DNA from: Candidatus Aenigmatarchaeota archaeon
Lineage (GTDB): Archaea > Aenigmatarchaeota > Aenigmatarchaeia > CG10238-14 > SpSt-28
Assembly (NCBI GenBank): GCA_032249395.1
Contig: JAVVFY010000002.1
Location: 32,001 to 96,000 of the forward strand
Direction of reading: 5' to 3'
DNA length: 64,000 nucleotides
The notes beneath the pieces were generated by a model. The model was not told the origin of the DNA. It searched no databases and saw only the letters and a program-made list of their open reading frames with translations. Below, piece after piece: positions 8,466-18,675 of this stretch (its first letter is position 1; each line of letters opens with the position of its first letter). The translations under genes and the position numbers were made by a program.

Positions 8466-9632
8466 TTATCCACTAATCATTGATTCAAAAAACTTTTGGA
8501 AATCTTTATCCTTTTCCAAAACTTTAAAGTAAGGTAAAAATTCGGTTCTTATTTTTTTGGTGGAACAATTTAGAAGTTTTGAAAGCTTCTTCAATTTTTC
8601 TTTTTCCTGTTCTCTTTCTTCTTTGCTAGAAGCCAAATATCTTAGTTTTGCTGGAAATTGATATTTTGTAAATTTTCTGTACATCTCATCCTTTGCTAAA
8701 GAAACTCCAGCTGTCATTAAGTCATTCATATACCTCATGAGCTTCCAATAGTTTCTGCTCATTATTCTAGCTCTAAACAAATCGGCTTTTGCTAAAGCTT
8801 CATAAGCTCTTGCAATCTCTTCTGGCTTTTCATATTCATTTGGAATATTCTCTTCTATCCACCACATTATAATTTCTGGTTCTAAATCAACATTGGCAAT
8901 ACTTAATTTAGCTCCAATTAAAGAAGTTGTTTTAAACAAAATTTTCAGTGCTTCAAACATATCTCTTTCTCTTTCTCTATAGCCGAGAACCTCTAAATCT
9001 TTCAAAGTTATTTTCTTTTTTCCTCTTGCGATAGTTTCTAAATCATTTATAGCTGCTCTCAAATCTCCCTCGCTCCTCTTCGCCAATTGGTTTAAAACTT
9101 CTTTGTCGTACTCTATGCCTTCTTTTTCACAAATTTCCTTTAGCTTTTTCTCAATATCCCAAACTGGTATATCTCCAAATGGAATTAACTCACAATACTC
9201 TCTCAATACTCTTAATTTCGGATCATACGGATCGTTTGCAGTTAAAACAACAGGATGTTTACTTTTTTTAATTATTTCAATAATTGCTTGAATTCCTCCA
9301 GCATCTTCTTTTCCGGAGATTCCATCAACCTCATCTATCAAAAATATTCTTCCTTTTTTGAAAAAACTAGCAACTGCAGAAGCATGACCAAAAACCTCTT
9401 CTATTTGTTTCTTACTTCTAACATCACTGGCATTCATTTGAATTAACTCTAAATTTTTATCATTAGCAAAAGCTTCAACCAGACAAGTTTTTCCTGTACC
9501 TGGCTTACCATATAGCAATGCTGCATTGGAACCGGGTTTCCAATTTCTGTACCATTCTAAAAATTTTGCCAAAGCTTCTTTTTGGTCTACAAAATCCTTC
9601 AAACTTTTTGGTCTATATTTTATCGTAAACAT
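8466..9632 (-). CDS. rfcL: Replication factor C large subunit
   Basis: KYRPK, Walker A GKPGTGKT, NASD, IDEVD; adjacent to rfcS. Confidence 0.95.
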   Translation of the reverse strand: MFTIKYRPKSLKDFVDQKEALAKFLEWYRNWKPGSNAALLYGKPGTGKTCLVEAFANDKNLELIQMNASDVRSKKQIEEVFGHASAVASFFKKGRIFLIDEVDGISGKEDAGGIQAIIEIIKKSKHPVVLTANDPYDPKLRVLREYCELIPFGDIPVWDIEKKLKEICEKEGIEYDKEVLNQLAKRSEGDLRAAINDLETIARGKKKITLKDLEVLGYRERERDMFEALKILFKTTSLIGAKLSIANVDLEPEIIMWWIEENIPNEYEKPEEIARAYEALAKADLFRARIMSRNYWKLMRYMNDLMTAGVSLAKDEMYRKFTKYQFPAKLRYLASSKEEREQEKEKLKKLSKLLNCSTKKIRTEFLPYFKVLEKDKDFQKFFESMISG

Positions 9633-9634
9633 AC

Positions 9635-11860
9635 TTACTTCTTTCCTTTAGATTGAGCATGCAACCAAAAGCTTGCTAGTAGACTTTCTAATTGTATTAA
9701 CTCATTTGCACCCTCTGAAATTCTAAAATCAACTTCTCCACATTTTTCTATTAACTCAACTTTTGCTCTATCATCTATATTCAAAGAAGGAATTTGTCTG
9801 TGAATTTCTGCAATTATATCACTTCCAGCTAAACCCTTCTTGATAATCATTTCTCCTAGCATCTTTCTAGCTTCTATGAATTTTCCATTCAAAGCTAAAT
9901 CAAGCATTTGCCTAACTTCTTGCGGCTTTGCTAAAGAAGCTGCCTCATAAATAGTATCTTCAGTTATTTTTTCTCCTAGAGCAGAAGCTATTTGCAATAT
10001 ATTAGCTGTTCTCCTTAAATCTCCTTCAACAATTCTAACAACAGCCCTTATTCCATCTTCTGTTATTTTTAATTTTTCCCCTTCGACAATTCTTCTAACA
10101 TACTCTTCAACGTGCTCATCGTCTAAAGCTTTAAATCTAAAAACGGCACATCTCGATTGAATTGGTTCAATAATTTTGCTAGAATAATTACAAATCAATA
10201 TAAATCTTGAAATGCTTGCATACATTTCCATCATTCTTCTTAAAGCTTGTTGAGCGTCACTTGTCATTGCATCGGCTTCATCTAAAATTATTAATTTAAA
10301 CGGAACGTCTCCTATAGCAACAGTCCTAGCAAATTCTTTCACCTGACCTCTTATAACATCTATACCTCTTTCATCTGAGTTGTGTAAAAGAACTGGGACA
10401 TTACCAGCAAAAAACATCTCATTACCTGGAACACTAACATCATAAACGAACCCCTCATAGTCTATAATTTCCAATTTCTTGACTTTCAGTACATGTATAT
10501 CTGAAGAAACGAGCTTTTCCAAAAATTCTACAGTGAACTTCTCTTTTTCATCTAATTTTTCCCTATCAACCATCTCTAAAATCTCTTTTAGAATGTTTTT
10601 CGAAACCCTTCTCTTCTTTTCATAAAGTTGATGTCTCAATTTATATCTCCAATTTCCTTTTATTTTCCTTTCAATATCCGTTAAAAGCTTTACTACAATT
10701 TCGGCTGGCAACAATTCGCTTTTCTTCCATTTCATAGCTCCTTTCCATATCAGTCTTACCTCTCTTTTGAAAATAGATGACTCAATGCCAGAAGTCCTAG
10801 CTAACCAAACAACATCAGTTAACAATTCTCTTGAGACAGAAGATATTCTAACAACTTTATTCCATTCTCCGCAGCCATCTCCATCTGCCAAACCTTTTAG
10901 GTAGTTTATTCTTTCTTTGATTGAAGAATGAAAAACAAACGATGGTACCCTCTTGTTATCTGCAATAAAAGGTTTACCATCATAAAAGTTTTCTTTCATA
11001 AATTTTGCTAAATTAGTGCTTAAAAGTCTAAGGTGAATTGCCGATAGTTTTTTTCTATTAAAACCAGAACCAACTAATCTTTCATAAACACTTATTCCTA
11101 AATCATTTGCAAAATTTTTGATTTCATTTATAAGATTCGTTTCGTGAGCACCAAAGGTATATACTACTTGACCTGACGTGTTTCCTTTAAATCCTACACA
11201 CCCTTCTGCAGTAAACAATCCAAAAGAATAGAAAAGGTTGTCTGCTTTAAAAGTAGTTATGTTTGTTGGCAGATTTGCTTCAAGATTAGAGACAAAACTT
11301 ATAATGTAATCTCCTTCTTTTAACTCACTTGCAGATTTTGGCTTTAAACCATTTTTGTCTAACACCATCACGGAATGGTTTCCAGTAAGTTTTAGTTCGC
11401 CTCCACCCTCAAATCTAATTTTTAATATCTTGTTAACTTTGTGTCTTATTATTTTTGAAACTTTTTCCCATTTTACCTTTAGATTATTATCCACCGTGAG
11501 AACCTCTAAATTGTTAACATCTTTGTAAAATTCGTTTTCCTTAAAATAGATACTATCAAGCTCCTCAAAATTTGTCCTTTTTATTTTTCCGTTAATTTTT
11601 ACTAAGATAGGTGTATCTTTTGAAACTGATGCATTGAGCTGTAATACATTTTGCCTCCATTGTTCGCCATATAATTCTCTAGCTAAAACTAATGCAAGAG
11701 TTGTTTTTCCTGTACCTGGTGGCCCTGCGAAAAGCATGTGCGGTATGTTTTTGCTTTTAGCAAAAGCCTTTACCCTTTCAACAACGTTCTCCTGATTAAT
11801 TATTTCGTCAAATTTTTTTGGTCTATACTTTTCTGCCCAAACCTCAAACTCTTTTGCCAT
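9635..11860 (-). CDS. rfcS: Replication factor C small subunit, intein-containing (mature ~324 aa)
   Basis: WAEKYRP, GPPGTGKT, LNA/SDERG split by intein, LDEAD, SRC motif. Confidence 0.97.
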   Translation of the reverse strand: MAKEFEVWAEKYRPKKFDEIINQENVVERVKAFAKSKNIPHMLFAGPPGTGKTTLALVLARELYGEQWRQNVLQLNASVSKDTPILVKINGKIKRTNFEELDSIYFKENEFYKDVNNLEVLTVDNNLKVKWEKVSKIIRHKVNKILKIRFEGGGELKLTGNHSVMVLDKNGLKPKSASELKEGDYIISFVSNLEANLPTNITTFKADNLFYSFGLFTAEGCVGFKGNTSGQVVYTFGAHETNLINEIKNFANDLGISVYERLVGSGFNRKKLSAIHLRLLSTNLAKFMKENFYDGKPFIADNKRVPSFVFHSSIKERINYLKGLADGDGCGEWNKVVRISSVSRELLTDVVWLARTSGIESSIFKREVRLIWKGAMKWKKSELLPAEIVVKLLTDIERKIKGNWRYKLRHQLYEKKRRVSKNILKEILEMVDREKLDEKEKFTVEFLEKLVSSDIHVLKVKKLEIIDYEGFVYDVSVPGNEMFFAGNVPVLLHNSDERGIDVIRGQVKEFARTVAIGDVPFKLIILDEADAMTSDAQQALRRMMEMYASISRFILICNYSSKIIEPIQSRCAVFRFKALDDEHVEEYVRRIVEGEKLKITEDGIRAVVRIVEGDLRRTANILQIASALGEKITEDTIYEAASLAKPQEVRQMLDLALNGKFIEARKMLGEMIIKKGLAGSDIIAEIHRQIPSLNIDDRAKVELIEKCGEVDFRISEGANELIQLESLLASFWLHAQSKGKK
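10379..11629 (-). mobile_element. Intein (417 aa, Ser1) with LAGLIDADG homing endonuclease in RFC-S at LNA/SDERG
   Basis: Starts SVSKDTP, TGNH block B, FGLFTAEG and LKGLADGDG, ends VYDVSVP...LLHN|S. Confidence 0.95.
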
Positions 11861-11892
11861 AATTCTTTATTTCTTTTTCTTCATTAAAAACT

Positions 11893-14493
11893 TTAAACCA
11901 ATGCTGCAGTTCCTCCGGAATGCCATGATACTCTCGGTCTTATAACAACTGTGAAAACTTTCTCTAAGTTATCATCTAAAATCAGAGCTGCACCAGGCCA
12001 TCTTGGTAGAGAATTCAAGTAAGCTTCTAATTCTTCCTGCATATAGGTTTGCATAACGGCATGAAGTGCTTGAATATCATCTCTGGATGTAAGTCTAAAG
12101 GAAATTACAATATCTGTTTGACTTAAAATCTCCTGATGTATTTTATTAGGCATTTGTGTTATAACTACTAAACCTACTCCAGGTTCTCTACCTTGTTTTG
12201 CAATTATTTTTATTGGTTCACTACTAGCAACTTCTTTATCGCTTGGTATAAAGTTATGAGCCTCTTCTAAAATCAACCAAACTATTGGAAATGTGAATTT
12301 CGGTTTTTCTCCGGTTATTTTAAACTTTTCTTCTTCTTTTCTGGCTAAAACTCTTAATCTATAAATTTCTCTTGCTATTAATGCTACTAACAAATTTCTC
12401 AATTCTTCTGATCTCATTCTGGAAACATCTATAACAGTTATCTTTCCTGGCTCGGCTATTTCTTCTATTTTTGTTCCTTCCTTCACAATAAGTTTCCACT
12501 CGTTAGCAACAGATAACAAACTTACCAAAGCGTCTCTAACTTCTTTTTTCGTTTCTTCATCTTTTCTAATTTCTTCAATCAAGTCAGTCAAATCAAATTT
12601 CTCTTTTTCTCTTTGAAGTTTTGTAAAATTTTTTTCAAGAGCAACTCCTTCTTCACTTAATCTATCCAACCTGAAAGCCAATAATATTTCTTCTGGAGTT
12701 AATTCACTTAAACTCAAAGCAATAGTTCCATCAACTGGAACTCCAGCATTTTTATAGCTCTCTAGCTGACCAATAGGAACTAAAACTTTTAGATTTGTTA
12801 AACCTTTCGGCTCCAATTGCCATTCCTTCAATAAATTCTTTTGTTGTTCATTAGGATATTTCATACTCCAGTAAATTCCAACTGGATCGACAACAATAAA
12901 AGACATTTTGTTTCTGTATTCATCTGGCAAAAAAGAAAATTCTTCAAGAATTGCTCCTGCAGAGTATGAATTGTGTAAAATTACACCATTACCAACAAAA
13001 TTGTGCTCATCGTTTACGGTAATGTCAAATACTTTTGTTCTTTCATTAATTGTAGTCTTCTCAACAACTTTTACCCAAACGATGTCTGGAGAGGAAATTT
13101 TAAGTAGATATTCATCATTAAAATATTCTCCGATTTTTCTGATTGTCGATTTCAAAGGATTATACTTGTATTTTGTAGAAACACCTTTCCAATTCTTATA
13201 TCCCAGAGCTTTACCTATCTCTTTTTTCGAGTATTTTTCTTTTATGTATTTCCATATTGATTTTGGCAAATAATCGAAATTTGAATGATATTTTCTATTG
13301 TTGGCTAAAATCTCACTTATTAGTTTCTCTTTTCCTGGAAAACCTATATGAGTTATGAACTTTTTAATAGATTCTTTATCTGTAACAAAAAGAGTATAGT
13401 AAGTTTCTCCTTTAACCTTTTTCTCTCTTATGTATGAAAATATACCAAATCTGAGAAGCAAATAGAAAACTCCTTCTACCATTTTTCTGGATTTAGAAGC
13501 ATACTCCAAAACATAAACTTGTTTACCTCTACTTTTTTTCTTGTATAGCGAGCCATCTCCTATAAACAAACATCGAAGGAAAAGGGCAATTTTTTTGTTA
13601 GAAAGAGAAAAGATAAACGAAGGTATAAACTTTTCTCCAGCTTTTTTGTTTTTTAATCCAAGCGATTCTAACCAGTTTAGCAGACTATTTCTCTCAAATA
13701 TTAATCTAGATCCTTTAGAAAATTTACCATTTGGTAATCGTCTAACATTATTCTCTTTAAGTTTTAGTTTAGTACCAACAACACGATATGTCGATGGATT
13801 ACTCTTCATTCTCACTACTTTGAGACTTTTGTCAAACTTTTTCACACATTCTATAAAATCGTTAACAACTTCTTTGCTAGAATTTGTAAACCACACAAAT
13901 GTTTTCCCTATGGTTCCTTCTGATAATATGTATCCTAACAATTTTATCTTTTCATCTTCGATGTTATCAGTTCCTTCTACCGGAAAATAAGATGCAACAG
14001 CTATAACATCACCTTCTTTAATATCTTCAGCTCTTTTCCAACCAAAAGGAGTTAAGATCGGGTGTTCTTTTGTGACTTTTATCTCTATTCCATTCCAAAG
14101 TTTCATTTTTATTATGCTATCTACTTCTCTCTCAAAAAAATCGATAGCTTTAGAGGGCTTTATTTTAAAGTTGTCTTGATTTAGTGAAAGCACTCTAGAA
14201 ATTTCTCTTTTCTTAACTAATTCCTCGATAGGCAAAAGTCTTCCATCTCCAAGTTGCACTAGAGTATCTCCAGTTACACACTTTCCGCTACCCCTTTTTC
14301 CACAAATCAAAATAACGTGAATTTTCAAGAAATCTAGATAAACTTTTGTTGTTAAATGAGCATCTTCTCCTTTTCCAACAATGTGTTTACCAATATAACC
14401 AGCACCTATATTTCCAAACTTCTCCAAATCTTTTCTTTCTCTACCAACAACAGTTGGATAAGCTTTAACAATATCCTCATAAAATTCTTCCAT
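11893..14493 (-). CDS. HerA/FtsK/VirB4-superfamily ATPase (DUF87-type), intein-containing (mature ~429 aa)
   Basis: Walker A GKRGSGK|S split by intein, VVDPVG, Walker B ILEEAH, KQGREPGVGLVVITQMP. Confidence 0.88.
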   Translation of the reverse strand: MEEFYEDIVKAYPTVVGRERKDLEKFGNIGAGYIGKHIVGKGEDAHLTTKVYLDFLKIHVILICGKRGSGKCVTGDTLVQLGDGRLLPIEELVKKREISRVLSLNQDNFKIKPSKAIDFFEREVDSIIKMKLWNGIEIKVTKEHPILTPFGWKRAEDIKEGDVIAVASYFPVEGTDNIEDEKIKLLGYILSEGTIGKTFVWFTNSSKEVVNDFIECVKKFDKSLKVVRMKSNPSTYRVVGTKLKLKENNVRRLPNGKFSKGSRLIFERNSLLNWLESLGLKNKKAGEKFIPSFIFSLSNKKIALFLRCLFIGDGSLYKKKSRGKQVYVLEYASKSRKMVEGVFYLLLRFGIFSYIREKKVKGETYYTLFVTDKESIKKFITHIGFPGKEKLISEILANNRKYHSNFDYLPKSIWKYIKEKYSKKEIGKALGYKNWKGVSTKYKYNPLKSTIRKIGEYFNDEYLLKISSPDIVWVKVVEKTTINERTKVFDITVNDEHNFVGNGVILHNSYSAGAILEEFSFLPDEYRNKMSFIVVDPVGIYWSMKYPNEQQKNLLKEWQLEPKGLTNLKVLVPIGQLESYKNAGVPVDGTIALSLSELTPEEILLAFRLDRLSEEGVALEKNFTKLQREKEKFDLTDLIEEIRKDEETKKEVRDALVSLLSVANEWKLIVKEGTKIEEIAEPGKITVIDVSRMRSEELRNLLVALIAREIYRLRVLARKEEEKFKITGEKPKFTFPIVWLILEEAHNFIPSDKEVASSEPIKIIAKQGREPGVGLVVITQMPNKIHQEILSQTDIVISFRLTSRDDIQALHAVMQTYMQEELEAYLNSLPRWPGAALILDDNLEKVFTVVIRPRVSWHSGGTAALV
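12970..14280 (-). mobile_element. Intein (437 aa) with LAGLIDADG endonuclease in the P-loop of the HerA-like ATPase
   Basis: Starts CVTGDT, TKEHP block B, LGYILSEG and FLRCLFIGDGS, ends VFDITV...ILHN|S. Confidence 0.95.
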
Positions 14494-14525
14494 AAAAATT
14501 ATTTCTCTGATAAATTATTATTGAT

Positions 14526-14612
14526 GGGGCCGTAGTCTAGCTTGGTCTAGGACGCCACCTTGGGGAATTATACAAAATGGTGGTAACCCGAGTTCAAATC
14601 TCGGCGGCCCCA
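14526..14612 (+). tRNA. tRNA-Pro(GGG) with 12-nt intron at 37/38 (14566-14577)
   Basis: GGGGCCG/CGGCCCC-A acceptor; CCACC-TT-GGG-G[AATTATACAAAA]T-GGTGG; CCGAG-TTCAAAT-CTCGG. Confidence 0.9.
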
Positions 14613-14650
14613 AAATTGTTTTTTAATTATTCGAAACTATTAGTATTGAT

Positions 14651-15655
14651 ATGAAAATTGCTTTCTATGAGGTAAGAGAAGACGAAAAGGAGTATTTTAA
14701 AGATAAGTTGAAAAATTTTGAGCTATTATTCTTTTCCGATCCTATTAAAGAAGATAATGTTGTTTATGATGCTGATATCATATCTATTTTCGTAGATTCC
14801 AAAATAAACAAGAATTTATTAGATAAACTTAAGAACACCAAACTCATTTGCACGAGATCTACAGGTTATGATCACATAGACTTAGAAGAGTGTAAAAAAA
14901 GAGGAATAGTTGTATCAAATGTTCCCAGCTATGGTATTGAAACTGTTGCCGAACACACATTTGCTCTCATCTTGGCTGCGTCTAGAAGGCTAATCGAAAG
15001 TTTTGAAAGAACTAGAAAAGGAGAATTCTCAAACAAAAATTTGACTGGGTTTGAACTAAGGGGAAAAACAATTGGAATAATAGGAGCTGGGAAAATAGGA
15101 AGGAGGGTTGCGGAAATAGCAAAAGCTTTTGGAATGAGAGTTTTAGCATATGATATTTTCCAGAACATAGATGAGGCAAAAAGAATTGGATATGAGTATG
15201 TTCCGCTAGATACTTTATTGAAAGAATCAGACATAATAACACTTCATGCCAATTTAACAAAAGAAAATTATCACATGATAAACAAAGACGCTTTTGAAAA
15301 AATGAAAGATGGTGTAGTAATAGTTAACACTGCTAGGGGAGCAATAATAGATACTGAGGCTCTTATAAAATATTTGAAATCCGGAAAAGTTTCTTATGCG
15401 GCATTAGATGTTTTAGAGGCCGAGCCAGAAATAAAAGAAGAAATGCAAGTTTTTGAAAAAGAACAAGATATTATTCAAATAAAAAAATTACTTTTCAATC
15501 ACATTCTATTCGAAATGGAAGACAGATTAGAGAGAGTAATAATAACTCCGCATAATGCTTTCAACAGCAAAGAAGCGCTTGAAGAAATAAAGAGAACGAC
15601 AGTTGATAATATCATCTCATTCATAAATGGCAAACCCATTAATGTTGTGGTGTGA
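14651..15655 (+). CDS. D-isomer-specific 2-hydroxyacid dehydrogenase (D-lactate dehydrogenase-like)
   Basis: RSTGYDHID, GIIGAGKIG, VNTARG, LDVLEAE, ITPHNAF. Confidence 0.92.
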   Translation: MKIAFYEVREDEKEYFKDKLKNFELLFFSDPIKEDNVVYDADIISIFVDSKINKNLLDKLKNTKLICTRSTGYDHIDLEECKKRGIVVSNVPSYGIETVAEHTFALILAASRRLIESFERTRKGEFSNKNLTGFELRGKTIGIIGAGKIGRRVAEIAKAFGMRVLAYDIFQNIDEAKRIGYEYVPLDTLLKESDIITLHANLTKENYHMINKDAFEKMKDGVVIVNTARGAIIDTEALIKYLKSGKVSYAALDVLEAEPEIKEEMQVFEKEQDIIQIKKLLFNHILFEMEDRLERVIITPHNAFNSKEALEEIKRTTVDNIISFINGKPINVVV

Positions 15656-15719
15656 TTCTTTAATAGATTAAATAGATTAAGCGGTCAAAAATGTTATTTT
15701 AAGCTGTTTAGATTATATT

Positions 15720-16292
15720 ATGGGCAACGAACTAGTAGAGAAAATTAGAAACATAGTTATAGATGTCTGCAAACAACTGGAAAGACTCGATGATTATAAT
15801 TATCATATATCTGTTGTAGAAAATCTTGCTGTAGATCTTGGAAAAAGATTTGGTGCAGACGAAGAAATACTGAGGATTGCGGCTTTATTACATGAGATAT
15901 GAAGAATTAAATTTGGTTCGGAGAGACATGAAGAAACAGGAGCAATAGAAGCTGAGAAGATTTTGAAAGAATTGAAGTTAGAAGAAAAGACGATAGAAAA
16001 GATTATAGAGTGTATAAAAGAGCATAGACATGAAAAACCAACAATTCCTGTTTCTTTAGAAGCCAAAATCTTGAAGATTGCAGATGCATACTCACATTTC
16101 AAAAAACCTTTGGAGATTGCTTATATGGCAGTTAAGATGGGTTTTGGATTAGAGGAAAGCTTATTGTGGATGAAGAATAAACTAGAAAAAGACTTGAAGT
16201 TTTTGAAGGAGATGAGCAACGAATTAGATATAAAAGATGTTATAGAAGAATGTGAGAAGAAATATGAATGCTTCTCATGCTTATTAAGTTAG
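15720..16292 (+). pseudogene. HD-domain protein interrupted by in-frame TGA (15900-15902)
   Basis: The two ORF pieces are in the same frame: AALLHEI*RIKFGSERHEETGA...KIADA; HD motif reads HE. Confidence 0.8.
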
Positions 16293-16382
16293 TTTCTTAT
16301 GAATTTCTATAGAGGGGACGTAGTCTAACTTGGCTAGGACGCCGGCCTTGGGCGCCGGGAATCTGGGTTCAAATCCCAGCGT
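16177..16382 (+). repeat. 206-bp exact direct repeat, copy 1 (3' end of HD pseudogene plus tRNA-Pro)
   Basis: Identical to 18470-18675 (offset 2293 bp) by manual comparison. Confidence 0.93.
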
Positions 16383-16387
16383 CCCCA
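16314..16387 (+). tRNA. tRNA-Pro(TGG), intronless
   Basis: GGGGACG/CGTCCCC-A; CCGGC-CT-TGG-GC-GCCGG; CTGGG-TTCAAAT-CCCAG. Confidence 0.95.
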
Positions 16388-16434
16388 TTTCACAATTGAT
16401 AAATATTTATAAAGTAAGGAAAACCGTAAAACAC

Positions 16435-17058
16435 ATGAAAGAAGATTCTATAAAAAAGTCGATGACAAAAGTTGTCCTTTATATTGTTCTAACAATAATT
16501 GTATTGGCTGTAGTTAAATGGGTTTTTAATGATGGTGTAAAAATTATAGCTAACTTGACACATTATAACGGGATTTATGGCCTAAAAGATTATGAGCTCT
16601 ATACAAACTTGCTAGTAATTATTGTATTTGGTTGGATGATAATTAACTCACTGGCTTCTAAATTTTAACTAATTTTTAATGAGAAATATGGTGAATATAC
16701 GGCAGCTGCAATAAGAAGCCTTGTAAGAATTTTAGGAGTTGGTGGATTAATAGCTGGAATTGCAGGTTTAGTTGGTGGTGGAGTCGCCGCTGTTGCACTA
16801 GGTGGTTTTATAGGAATGGTAATAGGTTTTGCTACTCAACAAGTTTTGGGTCAAGCAATAGCTGGTTTGTTTATAATGATTACAAGACCATTTAAAATTA
16901 ATGACGTCGTAGATGTGGCTGGAGAAAGTGAAGTTGTGGTCAAGGATATAACATCATTGTTTACTGTAGTAGAGAGAAAATATGGATTGATAGATTTAGT
17001 ACCAAGTTCTATGATTATTAGTCAAAAAATTGTATTCAGAAATACATCTGGTAAATAA
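16435..17058 (+). pseudogene. Small mechanosensitive channel (MscS family) interrupted by in-frame TAA (16666-16668)
   Basis: Reading through the TAA gives ...GGFIGMVIGFATQQVLGQAIAGLFIMITRPFKINDVV, the MscS TM3 motif. Confidence 0.82.
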
Positions 17059-17072
17059 AAAATACAATGATA

Positions 17073-17861
17073 TTACTCGTATTTTTTAAAAACAACTTCT
17101 TTACCATTTTCTATTAATCTGGCCTCTATTTCCACCATATCATCTATACCAGAGGTTTTTATTTTACTTTTTAGCAACTCATCAACCTGAAATATCCCTG
17201 CAGGATTTGACATTACTATAACTATCTTTATTGGTTTTTTATTTCCCTCTAGAATCTCTACCTTTTCTATTGCTAAGGCAGATACAGAGTGTATGTCGAT
17301 TTTCCCTAATTTGAATGGTATTCTTGCTCTACCCTTTTCCATATCTAAAGCATCTGCAATTTTAACTATTCCAGCTTCAATAGTAAATGGTTCTATATCT
17401 GCTTCATGAGAAAAAATAGCATGTAAAACTTCAAACTTTATTATATCTTTTTTTTCATCATCGTAAACTCCAGAAAGAAGCTCATCTAATATCTTATCTG
17501 CAATAACTATAGAAAAGAATGGATGATATTTCCTATGAACAACATGACCAATATCATGCAACAATGAAGCTAAAGTTACGACGACTTCTGCGTCATCTAT
17601 TCCCATATTATAGTTCTTAACAATGCTTGGAGTTATTCCCTTTTTTACCAATATTCTAAGTATTGTTAACGCATGATTGGCAACTATCTTCACATGGACT
17701 GGTCCATGATCATTATAACCAAGTCTATCTATTGCGTTTATATTAGAAGATTTAAGTAGAGTCAATAATCTTGTATTTTTGTTTATATTAGAAACTAGCT
17801 TAAGCAATTTTTCATTTCCATTATATGTAACCCCAAAAAAATTCCCAGATTTGTTTTCCAT
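17073..17861 (-). CDS. HD-domain metal-dependent phosphohydrolase
   Basis: RLGYNDHGPVH, LLHDIGH, KIADALDM, IHSVSA. Confidence 0.9.
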   Translation of the reverse strand: MENKSGNFFGVTYNGNEKLLKLVSNINKNTRLLTLLKSSNINAIDRLGYNDHGPVHVKIVANHALTILRILVKKGITPSIVKNYNMGIDDAEVVVTLASLLHDIGHVVHRKYHPFFSIVIADKILDELLSGVYDDEKKDIIKFEVLHAIFSHEADIEPFTIEAGIVKIADALDMEKGRARIPFKLGKIDIHSVSALAIEKVEILEGNKKPIKIVIVMSNPAGIFQVDELLKSKIKTSGIDDMVEIEARLIENGKEVVFKKYE

Positions 17862-17921
17862 TTTCCATCACCTCTTTTAAGAGTTTATTTTAAGCTGAAA
17901 ATTTAAATATTTTAAAAGTTC

Positions 17922-18467
17922 TTAGCTGCTGGAATAGTAATATATCCTTAATATGTTGTTGCTGAACAAAACATTACCTTCACTTATTAGAGAGACTGAA
18001 ACATTGTTATTTGGATATAATAAAAGTGGATTACCTGCTAAGTCTCTGGTTATGTTAATGTGAAAAGTTCTAAACATAGGTTTACCAATGAACACTATTT
18101 GGTTGTTAAACTTGATCCGGATTGATGGAAGTTGTTGAGAATCCGACACTAAGATAGAAGAAAATCCTAATGCATAGAAATTATCGATCTCCCATCTAGA
18201 AAGCGGAACCTCAAATATATATGGATAGGACTTATACTTAACTTTAACTTCTGCTCTCACTACATGGTATGACGTTTTAAATAAAATTCCAAAACCCTCA
18301 TTCTCTGCCTCAAGTCTAACAAAGTTAATTTCTTTTAAATAGCTCAAATTCAAAGATATTTCCTCAAAGTATCCGCCACTTTCAATCTTATTTCTATAAA
18401 TAACATTGCCGTTAAGTTTGACCACAAAATATCCAGGTCCGCCTACTTCATCTAAAATTAAATTCAA
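17922..18467 (-). pseudogene. 5'-truncated paralog of the 20298-21398 surface protein
   Basis: VVKLNGNVIY, FEVPLSRWEIDNFYAL and FSNNILRIY match the C-terminal half of 20298-21398; frame breaks at repeat junction 18468-18470. Confidence 0.8.
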
Positions 18468-18469
18468 TT

Positions 18470-18675
18470 ATAAACTAGAAAAAGACTTGAAGTTTTTGAA
18501 GGAGATGAGCAACGAATTAGATATAAAAGATGTTATAGAAGAATGTGAGAAGAAATATGAATGCTTCTCATGCTTATTAAGTTAGTTTCTTATGAATTTC
18601 TATAGAGGGGACGTAGTCTAACTTGGCTAGGACGCCGGCCTTGGGCGCCGGGAATCTGGGTTCAAATCCCAGCGT
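18470..18675 (+). repeat. 206-bp exact direct repeat, copy 2
   Basis: Identical to 16177-16382. Confidence 0.93.

Noticed and set aside
15662..15679. AATAGATTA tandem repeat
   Set aside because: Only two 9-bp AT-rich copies; may be chance, and it is not a CRISPR or iteron array.
15900..15902. TGA-to-Gly (code 25) or selenocysteine recoding suggested by TGA at a Gly position
   Set aside because: TGA is an ordinary stop in many intact genes here (e.g. 15653-15655, 22798-22800), no other gene needs TGA readthrough, and the HD motif is also degenerate.
16330..16434. N-terminal extension of the MscS ORF (MARTPALGAG...)
   Set aside because: Lies within tRNA-Pro; ATG 16435 has a TATA-like TTTATAAA upstream.
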